A DNA stretch of 64,000 nt, taken from assembly GCA_965248695.1 (NCBI GenBank), contig CBDFKD010000002.1, forward strand, positions 4,832,001 to 4,896,000, written 5' to 3'. A program made the position numbers and the translations under genes. Origin of the DNA: Acidobacteriota bacterium (GTDB taxonomy: Bacteria > Acidobacteriota > UBA890 > WLXD01). This document shows, piece by piece, positions 30,466 to 40,092 of the stretch (within the stretch, counting starts at the first letter, position 1; each line of letters starts with the position of its first letter). Under the pieces are notes generated by a model. That model was not told the origin of the DNA and ran no database searches. It worked only from the letters and a program-made list of their open reading frames with translations.

Positions 30466-31580
30466 TCTCTTTCGCCGTCGAACACCAGGACGCCGCCTCA
30501 TCGGCACGCACCGGTCGGCTACGAACCCCGCACGGTAGCGTGGCGACACCGGCGTTCATGCCAGTGGGAACGTACGGTGCGGTCAAAGGCATGCCCGCCG
30601 AGCAGCTAGAGAGCCTCGGCGTGCAGATCGTGTTGGCCAACGCCTACCACCTCTGGGAGCGACCCGGTGCCGAGATTATCCATGAGGTGGGGGGCCTGCA
30701 TCGATTCATGGGATGGACGGCACCGATACTCACGGACAGCGGCGGTTACCAGGTGATGTCGCTGGCCGATCGGCGCCGCATAGACGATGACGGGGTTACC
30801 TTCCGGTCACCGCTGGACGGACAGTACCGACGGCTTACGCCGGAGCTCGTGGTCGAGATCCAGGCGCTGCTGGGCGTCGACGTGGCGATGGTGCTCGACG
30901 AGTGCATCGCCAGCCCGTCAGAGCACGCCGAGGCGGCCCGCGCTGTTCGCCGCAGTCAGCTGTGGGCCGAGCGCAGTCGGCCGCTCGCGTCGGCGCTGCC
31001 TGGCGGGTTATTCGGTATCGTTCAGGGAGGCATTTATGCCGAGCTGCGCGAGGCCCACGCGCATGCGCTCGTGGCGCTGGAGTTCGACGGGTATGCCATC
31101 GGAGGGCTCGCGGTCGGCGAGTCGAAGCCGCAGACCTGGACGGCGCTCAGCGCCGCCACCAGCGTGTTGCCGGTCGACAGGCCGCGTTACGTCATGGGTA
31201 TGGGGACCCCTGACGATCTGGTCGAAGCGGTGGCGCATGGCGTCGACCTGTTCGATTGCGTCATGCCCACCCGCCACGCGCGCAACGGCGTGGCGTTCAC
31301 CAGTGATGGCGTCGTGACGGTGCGCCACGCACGCCACGCGAACGATGACGGGCCGCTCGACGCTGCATGCAAGTGTCCAACCTGTGAGCGGTATACGCGC
31401 GCCTATCTGCGCCACTTGAAGTTGCGTCGGGAGATGCTCGGGGGCGTGCTGATGACGATCCACAACCTATGGCACTACCTTGACACCATGAGGCGCATCC
31501 GGCACGCTATCGCCTCCGGCGCGTTCGCGGAAATGCGCGCCGCGACGTCGTGTTGCGGCCGCTCGAACGGCGACGGTTAG
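30462..31580 (+). CDS. tgt: Queuine tRNA-ribosyltransferase
   Basis: TPAFMPVGT, LTDSGGYQV, FGIVQGG, YAIGGLAVGE, DCVMPTR, Zn site CKCPTC...H. Confidence 0.97.
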   Translation: MISFAVEHQDAASSARTGRLRTPHGSVATPAFMPVGTYGAVKGMPAEQLESLGVQIVLANAYHLWERPGAEIIHEVGGLHRFMGWTAPILTDSGGYQVMSLADRRRIDDDGVTFRSPLDGQYRRLTPELVVEIQALLGVDVAMVLDECIASPSEHAEAARAVRRSQLWAERSRPLASALPGGLFGIVQGGIYAELREAHAHALVALEFDGYAIGGLAVGESKPQTWTALSAATSVLPVDRPRYVMGMGTPDDLVEAVAHGVDLFDCVMPTRHARNGVAFTSDGVVTVRHARHANDDGPLDAACKCPTCERYTRAYLRHLKLRREMLGGVLMTIHNLWHYLDTMRRIRHAIASGAFAEMRAATSCCGRSNGDG

Positions 31581-31668
31581 CGCCCGTTTCGAGACGCCGA
31601 CCCCCACGCCTGGCCGGAGGTCATTCCGGCTCTCCACGGGAGAGAGTTCGCTGCCTTCCCTACTGCTG

Positions 31669-31953
31669 ATGGCCACCGCGCCGGGTCAGAATCCGATCAC
31701 CGGCCTGATCCCCTTCGTTGCGATGGTGCTCATCTTCTACTTCCTGTTGATCGCTCCCGTGCGCAAGCGTCAGCGCCAACACGACGAGCTCCTGAGCAAC
31801 CTGAAGAACGGAGACAAGGTGGTTACCAACGGCGGCATCTACGGCACCGTGGTGGGCATCCAGGACGACCGTTTCCGGCTCAAGATCGCCGACCAGGTAA
31901 AGATCGACGTCACCAAGCAGAGCATTACGGGCCTTGCCGAGGGCTCGGACTAG
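31669..31953 (+). CDS. yajC: Preprotein translocase subunit YajC
   Basis: TM IFYFLLIAP, LKNGDKVVTNGGIYGTV; between tgt and secD. Confidence 0.93.
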   Translation: MATAPGQNPITGLIPFVAMVLIFYFLLIAPVRKRQRQHDELLSNLKNGDKVVTNGGIYGTVVGIQDDRFRLKIADQVKIDVTKQSITGLAEGSD

Positions 31954-31974
31954 TCCTCGGTTACAGGCCACTAG
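31950..31974 (+). repeat. CTAG-ended repeat, 25-bp form with decayed left arm
   Basis: CTAGTCCTCGG-TTA-CAGGCCACTAG; the first CTAG contains the yajC stop. Confidence 0.85.
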
Positions 31975-32001
31975 GCTCACGATTCCCTGGAGGGGCAGAG
32001 G

Positions 32002-33540
32002 ATGCAAGAGTTACGCGTGAAGGTGATCGCGATCGTAGCGATCACGGGGATGTTCGCGTTCCTTGCTTTCACCGAGGACACCAAGCTCGGTCTTGATCTG
32101 AGCGGCGGCATTCAGCTGTTGCTGCAGGTCGACACCGATGAGGCCGTTCAGGCCGAGATTCGCGACAACCTCGAGTCGCTCGGCCGAGTGTTCACCGACG
32201 AGGCGGTGTCGGTGGACTCGTCCACCGCCGACGAACTGGTCGGCGCCACCATCCGCGCCTCCAGCGATGGCGATGCTGATCGAGTGGTGGAGCTGCTGGC
32301 GGAGTACTTCCCCAACACTTACAGCGTCTCCCGGAGCCAGCAGACGGTCACGTTGAGGCTGGTTACGGCCGCCGCGACGTCTGTTCGTGATGGCGCTGTC
32401 CGGCAGGCGTTGCAGACGATCCGCAATCGCGTCGACGAATACGGCGTCAGCGAGCCGGTGATTCAGCGCAAGGGCCTGACAGGCGACACCCTGCTGGTAC
32501 AGCTGCCCGGCGTGGAGAACCCCGAGCGCGTCAAGGCGCTGTTGCGCAACACGGCGTTGCTCGAGCTGAAGTTGGTGGTAATGGGACCGGCGCTCACCAG
32601 GCAGGAGCTCATCACCGCCAGCGGAGGGGCAGTGGCCGCCACCGCGGAGATCCTGGCCGCCAGGCCGGAAGACCAGGCTCCGGCGGGCTTTTACGTCGTG
32701 CAGCGGGATCCGGTAGTCACCGGCCGTGACCTCAGGACCGCCCGGATGGGCCAGGACGAGCTCAGCCTGCCGGCGGTCAATTTCACCCTCAACGCCGATG
32801 GAGGGCGCACCTTCGCCGACTTCACCAGCGCCAACATCGGTCGCCAGCTGGCGATCGTGCTCGACAACGAGATCTATTCGGCCCCGGTGATCGAAGGCCG
32901 CATCGCCGGCAACGGCCAGATCAAGGGGAGCTTCTCGGTTGCCGAAGCGGAAGATCTTGCCCTCGTTCTGCGTTCCGGTGCGCTACCGGCCTCGATCCGC
33001 TATCTCGAAGAGCGCTCGGTAGGGCCGTCGTTGGGCCGAGACTCGATCAATCGCGGCGTTCTTTCGGCCGGCATAGGGTTCGCGATCGTGGTTGCGTTCA
33101 TGCTGGTGTACTACCGCGGCGCAGGCATCAACGCCGTAGTGGCGCTGGCGCTCAACCTGATCGTGGTGATGGGCGTGATGAACGCCCTCGGGGCGGCGCT
33201 GACGCTTCCCGGGATCGCCGGCATGATCCTGCTGATCGGAATGGCCGTTGACGCCAACGTGTTGATCTTCGAGCGTATTCGCGAGGAGCTCGATATCGGC
33301 AAGACGGTGCGAGCATCGATCGACTCCGGATTCGCCAAGGCTTTCTCGGCCATCGTCGACGCGAACATCACGACGCTGGTGGCGGCGGTGTTCCTCTTCC
33401 AGTTCGGCACCGGCCCGGTGCAGGGCTTTGCGGTGACCATTTCGATCGGCATCCTCGCGTCGATGTTCACTTCGATCTTCGTGTCGAGGGTGCTCTTCGA
33501 CATCTGGACTCGCCAGCGCCCGCGGGCGCTCAGCATCTAG
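32002..33540 (+). CDS. secD: Protein translocase subunit SecD
   Basis: LGLDLSGG, IRNRVDEYGVSEP, LVQLPG, LRSGALP, TLPGIAG, GMAVDANVLIFERIREE, DANITT. Confidence 0.97.
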   Translation: MQELRVKVIAIVAITGMFAFLAFTEDTKLGLDLSGGIQLLLQVDTDEAVQAEIRDNLESLGRVFTDEAVSVDSSTADELVGATIRASSDGDADRVVELLAEYFPNTYSVSRSQQTVTLRLVTAAATSVRDGAVRQALQTIRNRVDEYGVSEPVIQRKGLTGDTLLVQLPGVENPERVKALLRNTALLELKLVVMGPALTRQELITASGGAVAATAEILAARPEDQAPAGFYVVQRDPVVTGRDLRTARMGQDELSLPAVNFTLNADGGRTFADFTSANIGRQLAIVLDNEIYSAPVIEGRIAGNGQIKGSFSVAEAEDLALVLRSGALPASIRYLEERSVGPSLGRDSINRGVLSAGIGFAIVVAFMLVYYRGAGINAVVALALNLIVVMGVMNALGAALTLPGIAGMILLIGMAVDANVLIFERIREELDIGKTVRASIDSGFAKAFSAIVDANITTLVAAVFLFQFGTGPVQGFAVTISIGILASMFTSIFVSRVLFDIWTRQRPRALSI

Positions 33541-33548
33541 CGGCCCCC

Positions 33549-34706
33549 ATGCGGTTACTCGCCAAGACGAGCATCGACTTTCTCGGAATGCGCCACAAGG
33601 CGCTGGTGCTGTCCGTCGTGCTGATCGGTATCGGGGCGGCGGCGTTCTTCGTCCGTGGCTCAGTCCTGGGAATCGATTTCGCCGGTGGATCGCAGATCGT
33701 CGCGAAGTTCGCCCAGCCGCCGGATCTGAACGCCCTGCGCAACTCGCTGGCGAGCTCCGGACTGGCAGATGCAACGATTCAGGAGTTCGAAGAGGGCTCG
33801 AACGAGATCCTGGTCCGTACTCCCAGGATCGAGGAGGGCGAGCCACTCGACGTGTCGGTGGCGGCGGTTACCGCCGCCTTTCGTGCGCTTGACGGGGACG
33901 CGGAGTCGGAGCACGACCTCAACATGATCGCCCGCGATCAGCTGCTCGAATTGTTGCTGGCGAGCAATCCGCTGCAGCTCGATCTCACGGCAGAGCTGGA
34001 GAGTGCCCGCGATACCTATCAGGCGCAGGTTCAGCTGGTACTGGACGCCAAACGGATCGTCGGCCTGTTTACCGAGTGGGATCAGCTGGCTGCGGCGGGA
34101 CTCGTGGACTCGGTGTTCGAGAGCCTGCAGTCGAGCGCTCGGCTGGGTGGTTTCACGATCCTGGACAGTGAATCCGTCAGCCCTCAGGTAGGCGACGATC
34201 TACGGCGCCGGACGATCCAGGCGGTCATCTGGGCGCTGTTCGGGATGCTTGCCTACATCAGCTATCGATTCGAGTTCAAGTTCGGCATAGCGGCCGTCGT
34301 TGCGTTGCTTCACGACGTTCTCCTGGTCCTGGGAGCGTTCGTGATTGCCGGGCGAGAGTTCAACTTGCCCGTGGTGGCCGCCTTTCTCACGATCGTCGGC
34401 TATTCGCTCAACGACACGGTGGTCGTGTTTGATCGGGTGCGGGAAAACGGCACCGTGCTGCGGCGGACCTCGCTCTACGAGCGATTCAACATCAGCCTGA
34501 ACCAGACGCTATCGAGGACGGTGCTCACGTCGACGACGACGCTGATCGTGGTCGCAACGCTCTTCCTCTACGGCGGTCCGGTCATCAACGACTTCTCGTT
34601 CGCCCTGCTCGTGGGTGTGCTGGTAGGTACGTACTCGTCGCTCTTCGTCGCCAGCCCGGTGGTCTACGAGTGGCAGGCGCGCGAACAGGCCCGACGTAGA
34701 CGCTGA
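33549..34706 (+). CDS. secF: Protein translocase subunit SecF (with periplasmic insertion)
   Basis: LGIDFAGG, ALLHD, GYSLNDTVVVFDRVREN, NQTLSRT, GTYSSLFVA. Confidence 0.95.
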   Translation: MRLLAKTSIDFLGMRHKALVLSVVLIGIGAAAFFVRGSVLGIDFAGGSQIVAKFAQPPDLNALRNSLASSGLADATIQEFEEGSNEILVRTPRIEEGEPLDVSVAAVTAAFRALDGDAESEHDLNMIARDQLLELLLASNPLQLDLTAELESARDTYQAQVQLVLDAKRIVGLFTEWDQLAAAGLVDSVFESLQSSARLGGFTILDSESVSPQVGDDLRRRTIQAVIWALFGMLAYISYRFEFKFGIAAVVALLHDVLLVLGAFVIAGREFNLPVVAAFLTIVGYSLNDTVVVFDRVRENGTVLRRTSLYERFNISLNQTLSRTVLTSTTTLIVVATLFLYGGPVINDFSFALLVGVLVGTYSSLFVASPVVYEWQAREQARRRR

Positions 34707-34737
34707 CCCGGGTCTTCGCCGATTGGCGCTGCGCGGG

Positions 34738-34746
34738 TGTTATTCT
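34738..34746 (+). promoter_or_regulatory. Putative extended -10 promoter for rel
   Basis: TG-T-TATTCT about 70 bp upstream of the rel start. Confidence 0.3.
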
Positions 34747-34814
34747 GACGCCGCGGCGCCTCTCCTGGGCGCCGCGACTTGTCCATAGGCGCCGCGTGCG
34801 CTCCCCCAGCTCCG

Positions 34815-37013
34815 ATGCCGATGTCCACCCGTAGTGCACCTGGAGTGCCCGACCGGGCCGCTAGCTTCGACGGTTTGATGGCGCAGCTGGCTGCGCAACA
34901 CCTGCCCGAAGAGCTCAATGTCATCCGCCGCGCGCACGAGTTCGCGGTCGCAGCGCATGGAAGCCAGTCGCGCCGCTCCGGTGAGCCGTACGTCAATCAC
35001 ACCGTGGCCACGGCCAGCATCCTGGCGGAGCTGCACCTCGACGCCAACACGATCGCCGTAGCCCTGCTGCACGATGTGCTCGAGGACACGGACGTTACCC
35101 GAGACGAGCTGGCGCAGGACTTCGGCGACGAGGTCGCGAAACTGGTCGAAGGCGTCACCAAGATCGGGCAGATCGAGTTCACCTCGAAAGCGCAGGAGCA
35201 GGCCTACAACTACCGCAAGCTCTTGCTCGCCATGGTCGAGGACGCCCGGGTGCTGCTGGTCAAGCTCGCCGACCGGCTCCACAACATGCGCACGCTGAAA
35301 TGGTTGGGCACGGATGCTCGCCGCCGCATCGCGCGCGAGACCAGTGAGATCTACGCGCCGCTGGCTCACCGGCTGGGGATGGGACGGATCCAGGCGGAGC
35401 TCGAGGATCTGGCCTTCGAGCATCTGGAAACCGAGGCCTTCGAGCGTCTCGGCAAGCTCGTCGAGGGACGCACGCGTGCCGGCAAGGACTTCACCGATCG
35501 CGTCCGGGCGGAGATCGAGCAGGCGCTCGCTGAGCACGATCTCCCCTGCCGCGTCACGCACCGCATCAAGGGCTTGTACAGCCTGCACCGTAAGATGCGA
35601 GGCCGTGATCTCGACTTCGACCAGGTGTTCGATCTGATCGCTTTCCGAATCATCACTGACACCGTTCGAAGCTGCTACGCAGCCCTGGGCATCATGCACA
35701 ACCAATGGAACCCCCTGCCGGGGCGTTTCAAGGATTTCATTGCCATGCCGAAGCGCAACATGTATCAGTCGATTCACACCACGGTGATGGATCGCGGCCG
35801 ACCGTTCGAGGTGCAGATACGAACCGAGGAGATGCACCGGGTCGCCGAGGACGGGATCGCCGCCCACTGGCTGTACAAGGAGGGTCTGGACGCTGCCTCC
35901 GAGGAGACCCAACCATTGGCCTGGCTGCGCCAGCTGGTGGAGTCGCAAGGCGAGGTCTCCGATCCCGGCGAGTTCCTTTCCTCGCTGAAGCTCAATCTGT
36001 ACCCCGACGAGGTGTACGTGTTCACGCCCGACGGTGACGTCAAGGGTTTGCCCCGCGGGGCGACGCCGATCGACTTCGCGTACATGATCCATACCGAGGT
36101 CGGCCAGCACTGCACCGGCGCCAAGATCAACGGCAAGCTGGCGCCGTTGCGTCAGCAGTTGCGCAACGGTGACATCGTGGAGATCACCACGGCGCAGGAC
36201 GCGACGCCGAGTCAAGACTGGCTCAACATCGTGGAGACCTCGCGGGCGCGCAATCGGATCCGCAACTGGCTCAACAAGCAGCAGCGCGCGCGCAGCCTCG
36301 AGCTCGGCAAGAAGATCCTCGAGAAGGAGCTCCGCAAGTACGGCCTGCGCATCAAGAAGCTGATGGCGGACGGCACGCTTGAACGAATTGGCGCCCATTT
36401 CGGTGCTGCCAGCGCGGAGGATCTGCTCGTCGCAGTGAGTTTTGGCAAGGCCGCCCCGAGGACGTTGATCGAAAAGATCCTGCCGCCCGACAAGATGGAG
36501 GCGAGACCTGCCCAGGAGCCGTCACGGCTGCGCCGGATGGTGGATCGCGCGCTCGGCTGGAGCGCTCAGGACGCCATTCAGGTCAAGGGAATGGACGACA
36601 TCATGGTGTATCGAGCCCGTTGTTGTGGGCCGGTACCGGGCGAGGCGATCGTCGGCTACGTGACGCGCGGCAAGGGCGTCTCCGTCCATTCCACGACTTG
36701 CGGGAACATCGCACGCCTGCTGGAGACGGAAGATCGTCGGATTGATGTCGTCTGGAGGGGACAGGAGGGCGCCGTGCTCCCTGTACGGTTGCGCGTCGAG
36801 TTCGATGACCGACCGGGCCTGTTTGCGGCGCTGACATCCAAGATCGCCGAGGGCGGCGCCAACATCCGGCATATCGAGTCGAAGGTCGAGGCCTATACGG
36901 GCCGCGTCGATCTGATCCTCGACGTCACCGACAGCCAGCATCTGCGTACGCTTGTCACCGCAATCGAGATCATCGAGGGTGTCAGGTCCGTACATCGCGG
37001 TCGCGTGCCCTGA
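34815..37013 (+). CDS. rel: Bifunctional (p)ppGpp synthetase/hydrolase (long RSH)
   Basis: RRSGEPY, LLHDVLED (intact HD), KLADRLHNMRTL, YQSIHTT, EVQIRT, TGS, CC and ACT domains; start 34815 or 34821. Confidence 0.96.
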   Translation: MPMSTRSAPGVPDRAASFDGLMAQLAAQHLPEELNVIRRAHEFAVAAHGSQSRRSGEPYVNHTVATASILAELHLDANTIAVALLHDVLEDTDVTRDELAQDFGDEVAKLVEGVTKIGQIEFTSKAQEQAYNYRKLLLAMVEDARVLLVKLADRLHNMRTLKWLGTDARRRIARETSEIYAPLAHRLGMGRIQAELEDLAFEHLETEAFERLGKLVEGRTRAGKDFTDRVRAEIEQALAEHDLPCRVTHRIKGLYSLHRKMRGRDLDFDQVFDLIAFRIITDTVRSCYAALGIMHNQWNPLPGRFKDFIAMPKRNMYQSIHTTVMDRGRPFEVQIRTEEMHRVAEDGIAAHWLYKEGLDAASEETQPLAWLRQLVESQGEVSDPGEFLSSLKLNLYPDEVYVFTPDGDVKGLPRGATPIDFAYMIHTEVGQHCTGAKINGKLAPLRQQLRNGDIVEITTAQDATPSQDWLNIVETSRARNRIRNWLNKQQRARSLELGKKILEKELRKYGLRIKKLMADGTLERIGAHFGAASAEDLLVAVSFGKAAPRTLIEKILPPDKMEARPAQEPSRLRRMVDRALGWSAQDAIQVKGMDDIMVYRARCCGPVPGEAIVGYVTRGKGVSVHSTTCGNIARLLETEDRRIDVVWRGQEGAVLPVRLRVEFDDRPGLFAALTSKIAEGGANIRHIESKVEAYTGRVDLILDVTDSQHLRTLVTAIEIIEGVRSVHRGRVP

Positions 37014-37018
37014 CGACG

Positions 37019-37042
37019 CTAGTGACCTGTCGCAGGCCACTG
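37019..37042. repeat. CTAG-ended repeat, best-preserved short palindrome
   Basis: CTAGTGACCTG-TCG-CAGGCCACTG; arms AGTG(A)CCTG and CAGG(C)CACT pair with one mismatch. Confidence 0.85.
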
Positions 37043-37083
37043 CAATACTCTCCGCTCACCATAAACCGCTTACGGAGGTCCGC

Positions 37084-37476
37084 TTGGGTCATCGTGTGAT
37101 TCATACCGACAGCGCCCCGGGTGCTCTGGGTCCATACTCGCAAGCGACCGAGATCGATCTGAGTGCCGGTCGTTTGATCTTCCTTTCCGGTCAGGTTCCC
37201 ATCGATCCGGCCACTGATGACGTTGTCGATGGCTCGGTCAGCGACCAGGTGCACCGCGTCATGGCCAACCTGGCAGCAGTACTGGAAGCGGCCGGGAGTG
37301 GGTTCGACCGCGTCGTCAAGACCACCATCTTTCTCAAAGACATGGGTGATTTCGCCGCCGTCAATGCGGTCTACGGCGAGTACTTCACCGAAGCACCGCC
37401 GGCGCGCGCCACGGTTGAGGTCTCACGACTTCCCAAAGACGTGCGAGTCGAGATCGAGGCGATCGCCACCGCCTGA
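37084..37476 (+). CDS. ridA: RidA/YjgF enamine-imine deaminase
   Basis: APGALGPYSQA, SGQVP, VVKTTIFL, PPARATVEV, LPKDVRVEIE; TTG start with GGAGG. Confidence 0.93.
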   Translation: MGHRVIHTDSAPGALGPYSQATEIDLSAGRLIFLSGQVPIDPATDDVVDGSVSDQVHRVMANLAAVLEAAGSGFDRVVKTTIFLKDMGDFAAVNAVYGEYFTEAPPARATVEVSRLPKDVRVEIEAIATA

Positions 37477-37647
37477 CTGCCGCCGCGCTCCGCAGCCGAA
37501 GCGAATCAGGGAGTCCGAATCGGCGCGGCCTGTGACCGTCTAATCCGGTGAGGTGAGTCGGTTAACACACCCGCCGTGGGGACGAGTCTCGGACTGTGTA
37601 CGTTTGCGTCCTGCTGTGCACGCGGGCGCAAAACTTCCTGGCGGCGC

Positions 37648-37677
37648 TTGACACTACCCACCGCCGACCATTACAAA
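37648..37677 (+). promoter_or_regulatory. Putative sigma70 promoter of the pil operon
   Basis: Exact TTGACA at 37648-37653 and TACAAA at 37672-37677 (18-bp spacer), about 50 bp before pilM. Confidence 0.5.
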
Positions 37678-37724
37678 TATGGACGGGCGAAAGGCAAGCC
37701 GGGTCCGTTCTGGGGTGGGAATTC

Positions 37725-38867
37725 ATGTTCCTAAGCCGGACCCGACAGATTGTAGGGCTCGATATAGGCTCGCACGCGGTCAAGTTGGTCGCGGTGCGCG
37801 GTGTCAAGGGCGACCTGCCCTTCGAGCTCACTCATTTTGCGACCGCCGAACTTCCCAGCGAAGCGGTCGTGGATGGTGCGATCGTCCGACAAGACGCCGT
37901 CGCCGAGACCATCGCCGAGCTTTTCGACCAGCACAAGATCCGTACCCGCTACGTCGCCGCATCGGTATCGGGCAACGCCGTGATCGTGCGGCGCGTAACC
38001 ATGCCGCGCCAGGATCACGACGCGTTGCGAGACTCCTTGGCCTACGAGGCCGAGGAGTACATCCCCTTCGAACTCGACGATGTCGATCTGGACTTCTCGG
38101 TCCTCGACGAGGATGAAGAGAAGAACACGATGGACGTCGTCCTCGTGGCGGCGAAGCGCGAGCGGGTAGACGAGCACGTCGCAGCCATCGAGGCCTCCAA
38201 GCGAACCGCCACGGTGATGGATATCGACGCCTTCGCGGTGCAGAACGCCTTCGAGTTCAGCTATCCGGAGCGCCAGTTCGAGGACGTGGCGATCCTGAAT
38301 CTCGGTGCGTCGGTGATCAACATGGCGGTGCTGGAGAGCGGCAGGCCGGCATTCTGGCGCGACATCGCCGTGGGAATGAACCAATACACCGCGGCGCTAC
38401 AGAGTCAGTTCATGCTCGATCCGTTCGATGCTGAGGAAGTCCTACGGCGCGTCAGTCGCCGCAACGCCGCCGGGGGACCGCAGGAAGGGGACCGTGGCCT
38501 GGCAGAGTGGAGTGACGACGACGAGACGGGCTCGGAGTTGCAGGATGCCGCAACTGACCCCCGCGTCCTGGAGGTTATCGGCCAGATCTCGGAGCAGGTC
38601 ATCACCGAGATTCGAAAGACCTTCGACTTCTACCAGACACAGTCCCTCCACGAGCATTTCGACGCCATCTTTCTGGCCGGCGGTGGCGCCCATATCGCCG
38701 ATCTGGCCACTCGTCTCGAAGAACGGCTCGGCTGGCCCGTCGAGCAGTTCGATCCGATGCGCCGTATCTCGATCCCGGACACCGGTTTCGATCCCGAGTA
38801 CGTCTGGGAGACGGGTCCCGAATCGACAGTGGCGCTGGGACTGGCGCTACGCGGCGTGACGGAGTGA
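37725..38867 (+). CDS. pilM: Type IV pilus assembly protein PilM
   Basis: VGLDIGSHAVK, YIPF, VVLVAAK, IDAFAVQNA, IFLAGGGA, VALGLALR. Confidence 0.95.
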   Translation: MFLSRTRQIVGLDIGSHAVKLVAVRGVKGDLPFELTHFATAELPSEAVVDGAIVRQDAVAETIAELFDQHKIRTRYVAASVSGNAVIVRRVTMPRQDHDALRDSLAYEAEEYIPFELDDVDLDFSVLDEDEEKNTMDVVLVAAKRERVDEHVAAIEASKRTATVMDIDAFAVQNAFEFSYPERQFEDVAILNLGASVINMAVLESGRPAFWRDIAVGMNQYTAALQSQFMLDPFDAEEVLRRVSRRNAAGGPQEGDRGLAEWSDDDETGSELQDAATDPRVLEVIGQISEQVITEIRKTFDFYQTQSLHEHFDAIFLAGGGAHIADLATRLEERLGWPVEQFDPMRRISIPDTGFDPEYVWETGPESTVALGLALRGVTE

Positions 38868-38874
38868 TCGGCCG

Positions 38875-39490
38875 ATGATCCGTATCAACCTACTGGGTCC
38901 CGAGGCCGGCAAGAAGGGCAAGGGTCTTGGTGCCATCCGCCTTCCGGATCTTTCCGTTGGCGCCACCCAAGGTGGAATTGCGGCGATGTTCATCGTCGTC
39001 CTGGTCGGCATCGCGCTCGCCCTGGTGGATGCAGGGCAATAAGCTCAGCCGGCTGCGCGTCGAGCTCGCCCTCGCCCAGGCGGAGCGTGCCCGCGTCCAG
39101 GAGGTTGCGGACCAGGTGAATGCACTGCAATCGCGCACCGACCTGTTGCAGCAAAAGCTCGAGGTCATCGTTGAGCTCAAGGCCAACCAGACAGGGCCAG
39201 TCATGCTGCTCGACGAGATCAGTCGGTTGGTGACCGATGGTCTGTGGTTGACCAGCCTCGATCTTGCTAGCGGCGACGTCACCCTGCGCGGAGCGGCCTT
39301 GTCCGACAGCCCGGTGGCCGATTTTCTTACCAGCCTGCAGACCTCTCAGTACTTCGAGCAAGTACGGCTGCGCACACTGAATGACTCCGGCGAGACGGTG
39401 CGCTTTTAGATAACGCTCGCCTTCCGGGCGAACAACGCGACGGTCGAGCCGGAGACCACGGTGACCGCCGGTGCGGGAGGTCTTCACTGA
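38875..39490 (+). pseudogene. pilN: PilN, interrupted by a frameshift and an in-frame TAG (real lesions or sequencing errors)
   Basis: MIRINLL PilN N-terminus at 38875 stops at 39042; removing one C at 39020-39022 joins it to WWMQGNKLSRL...LWLTSL; TAG at 39407-39409, after which the frame runs on to a TGA overlapping the pilO ATG. Confidence 0.85.
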
Positions 39491-40092
39491 TGGCGTTGTC
39501 TCTCAATGACCTGCCGCCGAAACAACAATGGATTGCATCGGCTGGGCTCTGCCTGCTGCTGGTCGGGATCTACTACATGCAGTTCTGGCGCGCTTCGTCT
39601 CGCCAGATCACGCAGACAACGGATGAGATCACCCGGCTCAGCGCCGAGGTCGAACAGATGCAGGCGGTTGCCGGAAGTCTGCCCGAGCTTAGGGCGGAGC
39701 TCTCGGGCCTCGATCGTAGGTTGACGGTCCTGGCCCATATCCTGCCGGAAGAGTACGAGACCGCCGACTTGCTGCGCGGCGTCGGCACGCTTGCGGCGCA
39801 GTCGAATCTGCACATCCGCGATCTCGAGTTTCGCGATCCGGTGCCCTACGAGTTCTATGCGGAATCGCCCATCGAGCTCGAGCTCACCGGCACTTACCAC
39901 GATCTGGCGCGGTTCTTCGATCGCATCGGCAAGTTCGCCCGCATCATCAATGTCGACGAGGTCGCTATCTCAGCGCTCGATTCCACCGATGCGTCCGTCG
40001 AAGCAACCGTGACGGCGATGACCTTCATCTTCATGGAGGACGAGTTCGACGGTCTCGGCGACGACGACTTCGAGGAGCTCTTGGCGCAATGA
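39490..40092 (+). CDS. pilO: Type IV pilus assembly protein PilO
   Basis: TM, coiled coil, ILPEEYE, FYAESPIELELTGTYHDLARFFDRIGKFARIINV. Confidence 0.93.
   Translation: MALSLNDLPPKQQWIASAGLCLLLVGIYYMQFWRASSRQITQTTDEITRLSAEVEQMQAVAGSLPELRAELSGLDRRLTVLAHILPEEYETADLLRGVGTLAAQSNLHIRDLEFRDPVPYEFYAESPIELELTGTYHDLARFFDRIGKFARIINVDEVAISALDSTDASVEATVTAMTFIFMEDEFDGLGDDDFEELLAQ

Noticed and set aside
39407-39409. Amber recoding (pyrrolysine or stop reassignment) in pilN
   Set aside because: TAG is a normal stop for many genes in this window and no pyl genes are visible; a point mutation or base-call error is simpler.
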